Assembly (NCBI RefSeq): GCF_014280195.1
Contig: NZ_CP047960.1
Coordinates: 1,200,001 to 1,232,000 of the forward strand
DNA: 32,000 nt
Direction: 5' to 3'
Origin: Synechococcus sp. A15-24
GTDB lineage: Bacteria > Cyanobacteriota > Cyanobacteriia > PCC-6307 > Cyanobiaceae
Shown: positions 31,319-32,000 of the stretch, piece after piece
Numbering within the stretch: position 1 is the stretch's first letter
How the letters are laid out: each line of letters begins with the position of its first letter
Translations under genes and position numbers: made by a program
Notes under the pieces: model-generated
The model's database searches: none
Told to the model about the DNA's origin: nothing
The model's input: only the letters and a program-made list of their open reading frames with translations

Positions 31319-31513
31319 ATGGGTGGATTGAGTGGCACCAAATCGGACGACTTCATCAACGCCGCCAAAGCACGTGCTGAGGCCGCCATTCAAGACAACC
31401 AGCCAAAGCTGACCAAACTGGAAAAGGCTTTCCGCCATGCCGCCCTGCGGCGCCGGGCCCAGGATGCCCGCAGGGCTGCTGACGACCATCGCGCCAAACC
31501 CAACACTCCATAA
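31319..31513 (+). CDS. hypothetical basic helical protein (64 aa)
   Basis: Internal ATG gives 'MGGLSGTKSDDFINAAKARAEAAIQDNQPKLTKLEKAF...'. More protein-like than the antisense ORF 31241..31489. Confidence 0.5.
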   Translation: MGGLSGTKSDDFINAAKARAEAAIQDNQPKLTKLEKAFRHAALRRRAQDARRAADDHRAKPNTP

Positions 31514-31604
31514 CAGATCAGAGCGACATCCGCAGGCCCTGAGCCCAATCCAGCGTGAACTCGAAACATAGTGTTACGGTTCGAAGGCTCTGTGTCCCCT
31601 GCGG

Positions 31605-32000
31605 ATGTTCACGCTCGACAAAGCTCGTCAGATCTTCCCAGACACGTTGAGCGCTGGTGCAGTCCCGGCCATCACAGCCCGCTTCAAGCTGCTGAGCGCA
31701 GAGGACCAGTTGGCACTTATCTGGTTTGCCTATCTGGAAATGGGGAAGACCATCACCGTGGCGGCACCGGGTGCGGCCCGCATGGCGCTGGCACAGCCGA
31801 CGATGGATGAAATTCTGGCGATGAGCTTTGACGAGCAGACCAAGGTGATGTGCGATTTGGCTTCCAAGATCAACAGCCCGATTTCGGCGCGCTACGCCTA
31901 CTGGTCGGTGAACGTGAAGCTGTGCTTCTGGTACGAGCTGGGCGAATTCATGCGCCAGGGCAAGGTGGCTCCGATTCCTCAGGGGTACAGGTTGTCCGCA
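31605..32000 (+). CDS. ocp: orange carotenoid protein, N-terminal domain (partial; runs off the window)
   Basis: My own translation from ATG 31605 is 'MFTLDKARQIFPDTLSAGAVPAITARFKLLSAEDQLALIWFAYLEMGKTITVAAPGAA...KLCFWYELGEFMRQGKVAPIPQGYRLSA'. It is collinear with Synechocystis OCP ('...AEDQLALIWFAYLEMGKT...APIPAGYQLSA'). It is missing from the ORF track because no stop falls inside the window. Confidence 0.93.
   Translation, partial: MFTLDKARQIFPDTLSAGAVPAITARFKLLSAEDQLALIWFAYLEMGKTITVAAPGAARMALAQPTMDEILAMSFDEQTKVMCDLASKINSPISARYAYWSVNVKLCFWYELGEFMRQGKVAPIPQGYRLSA

Noticed and set aside
31578-31585. GGTTCGAA, resembling a tRNA T-loop (and GGTTCAAGT at about 25639)
   Set aside because: No complementary T-stem, acceptor stem or anticodon arm can be drawn around either site.
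31571-31810. 79-aa plus-strand ORF from the track
   Set aside because: It is out of frame within the OCP coding sequence, and the OCP frame gives a near-textbook N-terminal domain.
1-32000. Search for CRISPR arrays, IS elements or transposases, integrases, rRNA or tRNA genes
   Set aside because: I saw no regularly spaced repeats, no transposase or integrase-like ORFs, no long terminal inverted repeats and no rRNA- or tRNA-like sequences. A computational scan (tRNAscan, Infernal, a CRISPR finder) would be needed to be definitive.

Overview
High-GC (about 58-60% by eye) picocyanobacterial chromosome segment. It is most consistent with a marine Synechococcus: it carries an HLIP gene, the N-terminus of an orange carotenoid protein, a plant-type ferredoxin, DUF4278- and DUF2811-like small proteins and an RRM RNA-binding protein. 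Genes are densely packed on both strands, and many start/stop codons overlap (ATGA, GTGA, TGATG). Recognisable genes in order: Lhr-type helicase; a cNMP-binding/methylglyoxal-synthase gene with a broken reading frame; ChrA; DUF1543; J-domain protein; DUF427; SAM methyltransferase; hli; fibrillin-like protein, Nudix hydrolase and ABC ATPase; NAD(P)-binding SDR; Mn/Zn ABC permease; a plus-strand cassette (PlsC-type acyltransferase, NfeD-like protein, two paralogous flotillins, 81-aa protein); Mn/Zn ABC ATPase and binding lipoprotein; endonuclease III; ferredoxin; uridine-kinase-like protein; DCC/DUF393 protein; SDR epimerase; DUF559 endonuclease-like protein; RRM protein; OCP (runs off the 3' end and is absent from the ORF track). 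Three low-GC islets (about 2480-3450, 5400-7500 and 25620-26470) and the stretch 28078-29812 hold many very small ORFs. Several of these encode single-TM peptides below the 60-aa cut-off of the ORF track. By eye I found no rRNA, tRNA, CRISPR array, transposase or integrase. The most notable observations are: (1) the acyltransferase-NfeD-flotillin-flotillin cassette that physically splits an mntC-mntA / mntB transporter gene set; (2) a frameshifted cNMP-sensor/MGS fusion packed tightly against chrA and DUF1543; (3) a 489-nt reading frame interrupted only by two TGA codons, with a related sequence remnant in another islet; (4) a co-directional array of seven tiny genes ending in a DUF559 nuclease-like gene; (5) a 59-aa ORF with a CP12-type C-terminal cysteine loop. 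None of these is proven to be a new system. All family assignments are motif recognition by eye and need HMM or BLAST confirmation.
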